Below, piece after piece: positions 1 to 8,998 of a stretch of 64,000 nucleotides of DNA. The stretch lies in NCBI GenBank assembly GCA_043757165.1, contig JAYVPT010000040.1, positions 60,786 to 124,785 on the forward strand, in the 5' to 3' direction. How positions within the stretch are numbered: the stretch's first letter is position 1; each line of letters opens with the position of its first letter. The notes under the pieces were generated by a model. The model did not search any database and was not told the DNA's origin. It saw nothing but the letters and a program-made list of their open reading frames with translations. The position numbers and the translations under genes were made by a program. Source of the stretch: Ferruginibacter sp. (GTDB lineage Bacteria > Bacteroidota > Bacteroidia > Chitinophagales > Chitinophagaceae).

Positions 1-83
1 AATGAGGTACCGCTCATTAAACCTATAACTTTTCTTACCCTTTTTTTTGAAATAGTGTACAATTTTTCCAGGTCAGCATTCAT
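1..83 (-). CDS. anmK: Anhydro-N-acetylmuramic acid kinase, N-terminal fragment (runs off the left edge; not in the ORF track)
   Basis: ATG at 83 gives MNADLEKLYTISKKRVRKVIGLMSGTS; IGLMSGTS(xDG) is the AnmK N-terminal phosphate-binding motif. Only 27 codons are visible. Confidence 0.8.
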   Translation of the reverse strand, partial: MNADLEKLYTISKKRVRKVIGLMSGTS

Positions 84-240
84 AACAGTAAATATAGTTG
101 TTGTTCCTGATTTTAATTTTGATTAACTTTTGCAACCAAAAGTTGCGTATTAATGCAACATTAATAAAAAAACACTGCAATATTTTGCATGTTTCAGTAT
201 TTTTTATATCTTGCCAACCAGTTTTACCCCAAGGACTATC

Positions 241-987
241 ATGCTTAAAAAAGAACGCCAGGCTTTTATTCTGCATAATGTAAACTTACACAACCGTGTT
301 TTAAGTAGCGATTTAAGTATAGCCATAAATGTTTCGGAAGATACCATCAGAAGGGATTTGCAGGAATTATCAGAGCATAACAAACTAATAAAAGTACATG
401 GTGGAGCTTTATCCAAATCTTTTCACAGCTCCTTTAATTCATCCAAAGTTTATGCAATAGAGAATAAGAAAAAGATAGCTCAAAAAGCTGCTAATCTTAT
501 AAAAGACGGCATGTTTGTACTCACCACCGGAGGTACAACTATTATTGAGTTAGCTAAAGCATTGCCGGAAAATCTGCATGCAACTTTTATTACCGGAAGC
601 TTGCCTTCTGCCATAGAGTATATGCATCATCCCAATATAGATGTGATAATTATTGGCGATAAGCTGTCGAAAAATTCGCAGATAACAGTAGGTGGAGAAG
701 CTATCGCAAAAATAAAGCAGATAAAAGCTGACATATGTTTTGTAGGCACTAATGCATTGAGCCTGGAACATGGCTTAACTGATAATGACTGGGAAGTTGT
801 ACAGGTTAAAAAAGCCATGATAGAAGCATCGGCAAAAGTGGTATCACTTACCATTTCCGAAAAACTAAATTCAACCCAACCGATACGGATTTGCGAAACA
901 AAAGAAATTGATATTTTAATTACAGAGTTAAATGCCGATGACAAAATATTAAAGCCTTATAAAAAAAGTGGATTAACAATTATCTAA
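241..987 (+). CDS. DeoR/GlpR-family transcriptional regulator
   Basis: HTH with SEDTIRRDL and KVHGGA, then DeoRC sensor domain. Start moved to ATG 241 (MLKKERQ), the typical family N-terminus. Confidence 0.92.
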   Translation: MLKKERQAFILHNVNLHNRVLSSDLSIAINVSEDTIRRDLQELSEHNKLIKVHGGALSKSFHSSFNSSKVYAIENKKKIAQKAANLIKDGMFVLTTGGTTIIELAKALPENLHATFITGSLPSAIEYMHHPNIDVIIIGDKLSKNSQITVGGEAIAKIKQIKADICFVGTNALSLEHGLTDNDWEVVQVKKAMIEASAKVVSLTISEKLNSTQPIRICETKEIDILITELNADDKILKPYKKSGLTII

Positions 988-1017
988 AACAATTTTTTAA
1001 AACCCAAAAAATGCGAC

Positions 1018-4000
1018 ATGAGAAACTTTATTTCAAAAAAACTAATTAAACAGAAATGGCTTTGCCTGTTTCTGCTAACAAATCTGTTTGTCTTTGCAAT
1101 AAAGGCACAGGTAAAAATATCCGGTAAGGTTACCGATAGCAAAGGGGAAGCTGTAGCCGGAGTTTCTGTTTCTGTAAAAAATGATAATGCAGGTACCTCT
1201 ACGAATGCAGATGGATCATATCAGTTTATGGCCAATCTTAAAAAAGGAAAACACATATTGCTATTTTCAGGAGTGGGATTTAAAAGCATGGAGCAAACTA
1301 TTACTGTAAATGATAATGCAGAAATAACTGCCATTGCAACTTTACAAAACGATGCGATGGGAATGGATGAAGTTATTGTAACTGGTACTTCAACAGGTAC
1401 CACCCGCAGGCAATTAGGCAGCTATATCAGTACGGTAAAAGCAGATCAGCTTACCAAAGGTGCTACAGCAAATGTTCTGGCTGCATTACAAGGCAAAACT
1501 GCGGGAGCACAGATAACACAGAATAGTGGAGATCCTTCTGGTGGTATTTCTGTACGGTTACGAGGTATCAGCTCTATTTCCAGTAGCAGCGAACCTTTGT
1601 ATATCGTAGATGGTGTAATTGTAAATAATGCAACTACAAGAGTTACTAATACAAGCGGCAATTATGATGGTCAAAATTTTGTTGGTGCCATCGGGCAAAA
1701 CAGGCTGGCAGATATTAACCCTGCTGATATAGAAAGAATAGAAGTGTTGAACGGTGCTGCGGCAGCGGCAATTTATGGTTCAAGAGCAAATGCAGGCGTT
1801 GTACAAATTTTTACAAAACGTGGTAGCTCAGGAGCACCAGTTGTTAGTTTCTCATCCAGCCTTATGTTTAGTAAACTTAGAAAAAGCGTAGAAGTAAATC
1901 AATCTCCTGTAAAATTTGGTGGCCCTACCGATGGTGTAGGTGCACAAACTCAGGATATATTAACTCCGGCTTTAACTACTACTACAGGCGTAAGACGTTA
2001 TAATTATAATGACTATATTTTTCAAACTGGTGTTGGAACAGATAATAATGTTTCTATTTCCGGCGGAACTGATAAAACAAAATATTATGCTTCAGGTTCT
2101 TATTTTAAAAATGAGGGGATCATAAAAAATACGGATTACAGACGATATAGTTTCAGGGTAAATTTAGATCAGGCTATAGGTAATAAAGTAAATTTTAATA
2201 TTGGATTAAATTACGTAAATAGTTTCAGTAATGAAAAGCCTGACGGTAACTCATTTTTCTCTCCTTTAAATTCAATAAACATTATTGGTAATTTTCACGA
2301 CCTGTTTACAAGAGATGCTTTGGGTAATATTAAAGCCATTGGCGAAAGGGGGCGGGTAAACCCGGTTTCAGTTATTGAAGACATTAAACAAAAAGAGGAA
2401 ACAAACAGGGTAATTGCGGGTATGGGCTTAAAAGTAAGGCCATTTAAAGGGCTAACTTTAGACTATAAATTGGGAATAGATCAATATTCACAAAGAGGAC
2501 AAACTTATATTCCTCCCTTTGCATATAATGTGAGTGATGGATTTTTTGGTGGAGGAGCTGCTCTTGATGCTACACGTAATGGTTATGCAGGAACGGCTTC
2601 TGATAATTTTTTTCAAATAAATAATGAGATAAACGGAACTTACCAGTTTAATATAAACAATGATATAACCTCAACTACACAGGTTGGTTATTCTGTACAA
2701 TATGAAAAAAACAGTTATTCATTATTGCAGGGCCGTGGACTGGCTCCTTTTATTTCAACAGTAAGTGCAGCTAGTACATTGTTACAAGGGGCAGATGAAA
2801 GAAGTGAATTATCGGTATCCGGTTATTATGCACAGCAAAATTTTAAATATAAAAACATTTTATTTTTAACCGGAGCTATAAGAGTGGATGGTTCTTCGGT
2901 TTTTGGTAAAGATCAACGTAACCAAAAATATGCAAAAGCAAGTGCAGGGTATGTAATAAGTGAGCATGGCTTTTGGCAAAATATGGCAATAAGTAAATAC
3001 TGGAATTTTGCAAAGCTAAGAATAGCTTATGGTGAAAGTGGAAATCTTACTGGTATTGGCGCTTATCAACGTTTTAATTCTTATAGCAGTAACTCCTTTA
3101 TTAGCCGTTCTGCTTTAAGTTCCGGCAGCACTTTATCAAATCCTGATGTTAAGCCAGAAAGACAGAAAGAATTGGAGTTTGGTATTGAGTTGGGATTTTT
3201 AGCCAACAGGATAAATTTTACTGCCAATGTTTATAATAAAAAAGTTGATGATTTATTAATCAATCGTTTTATAGCACCAACAAATGGCTTTAGCAGCTAT
3301 TTAAACAATTTTGGAAGTTTAGAAAATAAAGGGTTTGAATTGATGTTGTCAGGAACTCCCGTTCAAACAAAAGATATCAACTGGAGTATTACCGGTATTT
3401 ATAATCATAACAGGAATAAAGCTGTTAAAATCGGACAGGCATTAACTTTATTGAGTACTAACTCGGGAGCTCCGGTTTCAATTATTGAAGGACAACCTAT
3501 CGGCGTTTTCTATGGTGCTTATTTTGCCTTAGATGCCGGTGGTAATCTGGTAAAGAATGCTTTCGGTTTTCCTCAGGGTGAAAGAGGCATTCAGACCGGG
3601 GCATTAGCCTATACCGTAATAAGAGACCCTGCAACAGGATTACCCATAACCACTAATCCATTGGTAAGAACTATTATAGGAGATCCAAATCCTGATTATA
3701 CGGCAACATTAACCAACGAAGTATCTTATAAAAAATTTAGTTTTAGGATACAAATAGATGCTGTAAAAGGCAATGAAGTTTTTAATGCAGACTGGAGAAC
3801 AAGGCAAGGTGTTGGTAATGGTAAAGAAGCTGAAAAAGAACAAACCGGGGTTTATCCACGTGGATATATCAGTAGTTTTTATGGCACTGTTGAACAGTGG
3901 CGTATTGATGATGGTTCCTTTGTTAAACTGCGTGAAATTTCTTTGAGTTATTCTTTAGGTAAAATAAAATGGTTTAAAGATATCACGGCTTCTGTAACCG

Positions 4001-4146
4001 GAAGAAACCTAAAAAGCTGGGATCATTACAAAGGATATGATCCGGAAGTAAATGCAGGCGGCCAAAGTAATATTTTAAGAGGAATAGATTTTGGCGCTAT
4101 TCCTATTCCAAAAACTTTCAGTATTGGGGTTTCTGCTAAATTCTAA
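1018..4146 (+). CDS. SusC/RagA-family TonB-dependent outer-membrane transporter
   Basis: Signal peptide, carboxypeptidase-regulatory-like domain, plug motifs (PLYIVDG; INPADIERIEVLNGAAAAAIYGSRANAGVVQIFTKRG) and C-terminal Phe. Confidence 0.96.
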   Translation: MRNFISKKLIKQKWLCLFLLTNLFVFAIKAQVKISGKVTDSKGEAVAGVSVSVKNDNAGTSTNADGSYQFMANLKKGKHILLFSGVGFKSMEQTITVNDNAEITAIATLQNDAMGMDEVIVTGTSTGTTRRQLGSYISTVKADQLTKGATANVLAALQGKTAGAQITQNSGDPSGGISVRLRGISSISSSSEPLYIVDGVIVNNATTRVTNTSGNYDGQNFVGAIGQNRLADINPADIERIEVLNGAAAAAIYGSRANAGVVQIFTKRGSSGAPVVSFSSSLMFSKLRKSVEVNQSPVKFGGPTDGVGAQTQDILTPALTTTTGVRRYNYNDYIFQTGVGTDNNVSISGGTDKTKYYASGSYFKNEGIIKNTDYRRYSFRVNLDQAIGNKVNFNIGLNYVNSFSNEKPDGNSFFSPLNSINIIGNFHDLFTRDALGNIKAIGERGRVNPVSVIEDIKQKEETNRVIAGMGLKVRPFKGLTLDYKLGIDQYSQRGQTYIPPFAYNVSDGFFGGGAALDATRNGYAGTASDNFFQINNEINGTYQFNINNDITSTTQVGYSVQYEKNSYSLLQGRGLAPFISTVSAASTLLQGADERSELSVSGYYAQQNFKYKNILFLTGAIRVDGSSVFGKDQRNQKYAKASAGYVISEHGFWQNMAISKYWNFAKLRIAYGESGNLTGIGAYQRFNSYSSNSFISRSALSSGSTLSNPDVKPERQKELEFGIELGFLANRINFTANVYNKKVDDLLINRFIAPTNGFSSYLNNFGSLENKGFELMLSGTPVQTKDINWSITGIYNHNRNKAVKIGQALTLLSTNSGAPVSIIEGQPIGVFYGAYFALDAGGNLVKNAFGFPQGERGIQTGALAYTVIRDPATGLPITTNPLVRTIIGDPNPDYTATLTNEVSYKKFSFRIQIDAVKGNEVFNADWRTRQGVGNGKEAEKEQTGVYPRGYISSFYGTVEQWRIDDGSFVKLREISLSYSLGKIKWFKDITASVTGRNLKSWDHYKGYDPEVNAGGQSNILRGIDFGAIPIPKTFSIGVSAKF

Positions 4147-4165
4147 ACCTTTTAAAAAAATAATT

Positions 4166-5467
4166 ATGAAAAATAGAAATAGAAAAATTGTAACAATTGC
4201 AGCATTGCTAGGTGCTACATTTTTACAAATAAGCTGTAAAAAGGATTATACCGATCCGTCAAGAGCTAATGAAGAACAGGCCTTAACTACTCCAAGGGGT
4301 TTAACCGGAGTTGCAGTAGGTTTACAAAGAGTATATACTTTAGGAAGAGGAAGTACTTTGTATAATTTAATTACCATAAATGGATTAACCACCAATGAAC
4401 TTTTTGTAGTTAATGCAGGTAATACTGCTGAGTTACAAATAGGAACCGGAGGAACATCAGTAGATGGGAACAACTCTATGTTAACCACTTACTGGACCAC
4501 TTGTAATAAAGTAATTTATGATGCAGAACTGGTGATTAGTAACTCTAAAAATTTAAGCGATAAAAATTATGCAAGTGGTTTAATTGCGTACGCAAGTATT
4601 TTTAAAGCATTATCTATTGGAGATATGGCACAGTTTTGGGAAAAAGTGCCTGCAGGTATTGGAACTAATGTAACTTTTATTGACAGGGTTGATGGTTTTA
4701 AAAAAGCAATAACAGTTATTGACGATGCATTGGCAGCTGTTGCAGCTAATCCGGTTAGCAGTTCATTTACTACCAGCATACCAGCAGGTATTGATTTGAT
4801 AAATACATTAAATGCTTTAAAAGCAAGGTACTCCTTATATGCAGGGTTATATGCACAAGCTTTGTCTTCAGCTAATTTGGTTATCCTTACTATAAAATCA
4901 ACTTTTAATTTTGATGCACTTTCTTTAAATCCTGTTTTTGAAACAGCTACATCTACAAATAACGTAGTGCAGCCTAAAGATTCTACATTAGGTTTAGTGA
5001 CTGCATTGGCGCCTTCTTTAACGGATGGCAGAGTTCCGTTTTATACTGCTATCAATACCACAATTGCTCCAAGATTTAGAATAAATGGTTTTTGTAATGC
5101 AGCTGCTACAGCTTTCCCGGTGTATCTGCCCGGAGAAATTACTTTGATCAAAGCAGAGTGTTATGCACGTAGTAACGACAGTACTACAAGCAAAATATTT
5201 TTAAATACAGTGATAACTAAAACAGCAGGTGCAGATCCGTTTGGCGTAGGTGCTAATCAGCCAGCAATTGTTTCTGTAGGTTCTTATGCAGCATTGCTGG
5301 ATGAAATATACCGTCAACGTTGTATAGAATTATTTATGAGTGGCCAGAAATTAGAGGATATGAGAAGGTTTAACAGACCAGTTGCCGAACGCAAAAGAAA
5401 TTTAATGCCTTATCCATTGCGTGAAAGGGATAACAACCCTAATACACCGGCTGATCCTCCTTTTTAA
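4166..5467 (+). CDS. SusD/RagB-family lipoprotein
   Basis: Lipobox (QISC), LIKAECYAR and EIYRQRCIELFMSGQKLEDMRRF motifs; lies 19 nt after susC. Start moved to ATG 4166. Confidence 0.92.
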   Translation: MKNRNRKIVTIAALLGATFLQISCKKDYTDPSRANEEQALTTPRGLTGVAVGLQRVYTLGRGSTLYNLITINGLTTNELFVVNAGNTAELQIGTGGTSVDGNNSMLTTYWTTCNKVIYDAELVISNSKNLSDKNYASGLIAYASIFKALSIGDMAQFWEKVPAGIGTNVTFIDRVDGFKKAITVIDDALAAVAANPVSSSFTTSIPAGIDLINTLNALKARYSLYAGLYAQALSSANLVILTIKSTFNFDALSLNPVFETATSTNNVVQPKDSTLGLVTALAPSLTDGRVPFYTAINTTIAPRFRINGFCNAAATAFPVYLPGEITLIKAECYARSNDSTTSKIFLNTVITKTAGADPFGVGANQPAIVSVGSYAALLDEIYRQRCIELFMSGQKLEDMRRFNRPVAERKRNLMPYPLRERDNNPNTPADPPF

Positions 5468-5499
5468 CTTTTTTGTAGCATAGCATGTTCTCATACAGC

Positions 5500-5533
5500 A
5501 ATCCCAATTACAGCAATGTGGTTGGGATTTTTT
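5500..5533. terminator. Intrinsic terminator between convergent susD and queG
   Basis: AATCCCAA...TTGGGATT stem with a GCAA loop, followed by a T-run. Confidence 0.7.
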
Positions 5534-6458
5534 ATGGAGCAATAAATTTAAAATTCCTTTTTATTCCATCAAACTTTGTCCGCTTTAAGGGAGATTGTTT
5601 GAAAATGATTTTAAAAGATTCTTCTGTCAGTTCTTCCCAATCAGTTGTGGTAAAATTTAAAATTTCAGCAATAGGAGTAAAGCTGATTTCATTTGTTGCT
5701 TTGCTAAATCGGTTCCATGGGCAAACATCCTGGCAAACATCGCAACCAAACATCCAGTTATCAAATTTATCTTTCATTGTTTCCGGAATCAATGCATCTT
5801 TTAACTCAATAGTAAAATAAGATATGCATTTACTGCCATCAATTACTTTATCAGGCAAAATAGCTTCGGTAGGGCATTCATCAATACATTTTGTGCAGGT
5901 GCCACAATAATCTTTAGTAACAGCATTATCATACTCCAATTCCAAATCAATAATTAGTGTGGCAATAAAAAAAAATGAACCTGATTGTTTATTAATCATG
6001 TTCCCATTTTTACCAATCCACCCAAGGCCGCTTTTTTGTGCCCATGCTCTTTCCAGCACAGGTGCACTATCCACAAAGCCCCTTCCGTTAACTTCACCAA
6101 TATTTTCTTTTATGTATTTAAGCAGCAGTTTTAATTTACTTCTTATCACTTCATGATAATCATTTCCATAAGCATATTTTGAAATTTTTGGGGCATTGAT
6201 ATTTTGTTGTTGTGATGGATAATAATTGAGCAACAAAGTAATTACAGATTTTGCACCGGGTACTAATTTTGATGGATCAATCCGTAACTCAAAATGATTT
6301 TCCATGTATTGCATAGAGCCGTTATAGCCTTTGTTCAGCCAGCTTTCCAATCTGTGGGCATCTTCATCTAGTCTAACAGCTTTGGCAATACCACAATAAT
6401 CAAAACCCAATTGTTGAATATAATGTTTTATTAGTTGTGTATGGTTCTCTTTATGCAT
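5532..6458 (-). CDS. queG: Epoxyqueuosine reductase
   Basis: [37 protein letters not shown] and [13 protein letters not shown] Fe-S motifs. Confidence 0.95.
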   Translation of the reverse strand: MHKENHTQLIKHYIQQLGFDYCGIAKAVRLDEDAHRLESWLNKGYNGSMQYMENHFELRIDPSKLVPGAKSVITLLLNYYPSQQQNINAPKISKYAYGNDYHEVIRSKLKLLLKYIKENIGEVNGRGFVDSAPVLERAWAQKSGLGWIGKNGNMINKQSGSFFFIATLIIDLELEYDNAVTKDYCGTCTKCIDECPTEAILPDKVIDGSKCISYFTIELKDALIPETMKDKFDNWMFGCDVCQDVCPWNRFSKATNEISFTPIAEILNFTTTDWEELTEESFKIIFKQSPLKRTKFDGIKRNFKFIAP

Positions 6459-6463
6459 ACATA

Positions 6464-6817
6464 CTATTCATCTTCCAGGTTAAGTTTATGAAAAAAACGA
6501 TGCGCTATTGGCGCAATTAAAATACCAATCGTTGAAATAAACATCACCCCGCTGAATAAAGCATAGCATGATGCAAATACTTTGGCAGTGTTTGTTAAAC
6601 ATATATCATTGTCAATCATCGGCCCCATACCACTTAAAATCATGGAAGCATTTAATAAACTATCATACCAGTCAAATTCCGGTACTGTTACTTTGTAACC
6701 CAAAACTCCAATCAGTAAACAAAGCAGCAATACAAATGTGGCCACAAAAAAATTTTTCCAAAGCCTGCGGTAATAAACACTTTTTGGCGCAAGGGGTTGT
6801 TTTTTATGTTCGTACAT
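6464..6817 (-). CDS. Small 2-TM membrane protein with a pore-loop-like segment (ion-channel-like)
   Basis: TM1, then [17 protein letters not shown], then TM2; KcsA-like topology without TVGYG. Confidence 0.65.
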   Translation of the reverse strand: MYEHKKQPLAPKSVYYRRLWKNFFVATFVLLLCLLIGVLGYKVTVPEFDWYDSLLNASMILSGMGPMIDNDICLTNTAKVFASCYALFSGVMFISTIGILIAPIAHRFFHKLNLEDE

Positions 6818-6840
6818 TTTTTCTGTTTACATAAAAATAC

Positions 6841-6873
6841 AAAAGCCCTGCAACATGATACAGGGCTTTTTTT
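6841..6873. terminator. Intrinsic terminator
   Basis: AAAAGCCCTG/CAGGGCTTTT 10-bp stem with A/T runs on both sides. Confidence 0.75.
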
Positions 6874-6888
6874 ATTCGGTTTATAAAG

Positions 6889-7686
6889 TCAGAATCTTAT
6901 ATCATAGCCAATAGTACCAATCAATTCAAAATAACCAAAACTATGGTTCACTCTTCCACCACCAGCTGCTAAGGCATTGGTATAATTGGCAAAACCTGTT
7001 TTTGCAGCACCTTCTAAAAACCATTTTTTTGAAAAATAAAACCTGCCTCCACCTTCTGCACCTAAGCAATAACCGGCAATATGAAAACGGTTGTCAACCC
7101 GTTTGCCACTTAATGTTACATCTGTTTTCGGTATAAGAATACCGGCACCAGCCTTCCATATTGCTGTAAACATTGGCCTGGTACCATTTTTTTTCAGCAA
7201 ATATTGCCTTACATAATTGATATGATAAAAATTGGCTCCGTTGGTATGCTCGAAATGTAATTGCGATGAATTAAAAGCTGTGTCTTTATCAAAATACCCT
7301 GTTCCGATAGTGCCTTTGGCATGCAGTAACTGGTTATCGTAAACAATGTATTTAGTATGGTCGTAATTAATTTCGAGAGCTTGTGTATGGCTTTTGGTTA
7401 GATAAAAACCGATGCGGTAATTGTATTGTGGAACACTGATTTGTATTGGTTCTTTGTAAACGGCATCCAGGTCGTTTCTGTCATGCGCCACAGCTTTATA
7501 AATTGTAAAATCGTGCGGTACGCCATTAACCACATCTTTAAAATGAATATTACTTTTAGTATACCATTCCGTATTATATCCCCATTGCAGGTACATACCG
7601 CAAAATAATTTCTTTTTTTCCTTTTCCTGAGAGAAGCCGTGAAATGAAGATACAGATGCCAATAAAATCAATAGATACTTTTTCAT
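6889..7686 (-). CDS. Hypothetical outer-membrane beta-barrel protein
   Basis: Signal peptide MKKYLLILLASVSSFHGFSQ, amphipathic strands and C-terminal GYDIRF. Start moved to ATG 7686. Confidence 0.7.
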   Translation of the reverse strand: MKKYLLILLASVSSFHGFSQEKEKKKLFCGMYLQWGYNTEWYTKSNIHFKDVVNGVPHDFTIYKAVAHDRNDLDAVYKEPIQISVPQYNYRIGFYLTKSHTQALEINYDHTKYIVYDNQLLHAKGTIGTGYFDKDTAFNSSQLHFEHTNGANFYHINYVRQYLLKKNGTRPMFTAIWKAGAGILIPKTDVTLSGKRVDNRFHIAGYCLGAEGGGRFYFSKKWFLEGAAKTGFANYTNALAAGGGRVNHSFGYFELIGTIGYDIRF

Positions 7687-7789
7687 GTGGAATGTTTTCA
7701 AATCAGGGTAAAGCAATTAACTGAAAAAATTAGACGCATATCTCATTTTAAATTGCTGTAAAAATAGTGTAAATATGATAATGTTGGGG

Positions 7790-8941
7790 CTATCTGGTAG
7801 TTAATGCTTCGTCAACCAGCTTTTTCAATTCTTTATAGCGTTCATTTCTGCCTTTATTCTTAAGGTTAAAAGTCATTAAAAAACCGGCATACTTATTTTT
7901 ATTATCCACCCAGGGAAAACTGCCGAATAATCCAGGGCTGCTAACAGCGTTTGATCTTTCAGAGTCTGGAATTCCTCCCCTTTCGGGGGAGGTTAAGAGG
8001 GGGCTATCCATCACCCACTCTCCAAAACCATAACCCCAATTACCTGCTTCTGCCGGTGATGAAATTATAACAGCATCTTTAGTCACACGGTTTTTCTGCA
8101 TTTCAATTACTGATGCCTTACTTAAAATTTGTTTGCCATTAAATTCGCCTTCATGTAAGACCATTTGTAAAAAATTAAGGTAATCTTCTGCGGTGCTCCA
8201 TGCGCCACCTGCTGGTAATGCCACGTTACCTTTTCCAAAATCGCTGTTTTTCATGTTACACGGCCGGGCAATACGTTCTGCAAATAATGTTTCAAAATTT
8301 TTACCACTTATTTTTTCAATAACAGCGCCTGCAATTTGTAAGCTTGTATTACTGTAGTGAAAGGTTTTACCAGGCTCTCCTTCCATGGGTTGTTTGGCAA
8401 TATCATCCATCGCTTCGTCCATGCTTTTCATATCCTTCATGGCATTCAGGCTTTCTTTTAAGCTGCCGGATTTTATGCCTGTTAAGTGACTAAGACATTG
8501 CCATATTTTAATATTGCCTTTCCCATTGGCTGACATTACGGGTAAAAATTTACCCACTGTATCATCTAAACTTAATTTGCCTTCATCTACAAAAGTCATT
8601 ACCATTGCCGCACTCAACCATTTGCTGCAACTGGCAATTCTTTCTCTGGTGGAAATGGTAAAATCCTGCATCATTTCATCTGCATCTTTACCCTGTCTTT
8701 TTGCAATAAATTTTCCAATTCTTTTTTGTCTGCCTGTCAATTCGTTTTCAGCTTTGCTGTATATGAGTTTACCATCTTTATAAATTACTAAGACAGCCCT
8801 GCCGCCAATCTCTTTTAAATTGTTCGAAAGCCAGTCATTTACCTTATTAAAATTATATTGAGAATAACCAGCCTGAAATAACAGCAGAAAACTTATACAG
8901 AGGCTGCTTATGCGGCAGATTGATTGCATCTTATATGACAT
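7790..8941 (-). CDS. Serine hydrolase, beta-lactamase class C/AmpC family
   Basis: SxxK (ASCSKW), YxN (YSN), LxHxxG motif and a signal peptide. Confidence 0.9.
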   Translation of the reverse strand: MSYKMQSICRISSLCISFLLLFQAGYSQYNFNKVNDWLSNNLKEIGGRAVLVIYKDGKLIYSKAENELTGRQKRIGKFIAKRQGKDADEMMQDFTISTRERIASCSKWLSAAMVMTFVDEGKLSLDDTVGKFLPVMSANGKGNIKIWQCLSHLTGIKSGSLKESLNAMKDMKSMDEAMDDIAKQPMEGEPGKTFHYSNTSLQIAGAVIEKISGKNFETLFAERIARPCNMKNSDFGKGNVALPAGGAWSTAEDYLNFLQMVLHEGEFNGKQILSKASVIEMQKNRVTKDAVIISSPAEAGNWGYGFGEWVMDSPLLTSPERGGIPDSERSNAVSSPGLFGSFPWVDNKNKYAGFLMTFNLKNKGRNERYKELKKLVDEALTTR

Positions 8942-8998
8942 ATTTGCTTAGATTTTGCATTGGATTGTAATTTGCCCGATAAGTTTAAAATTAAGATA

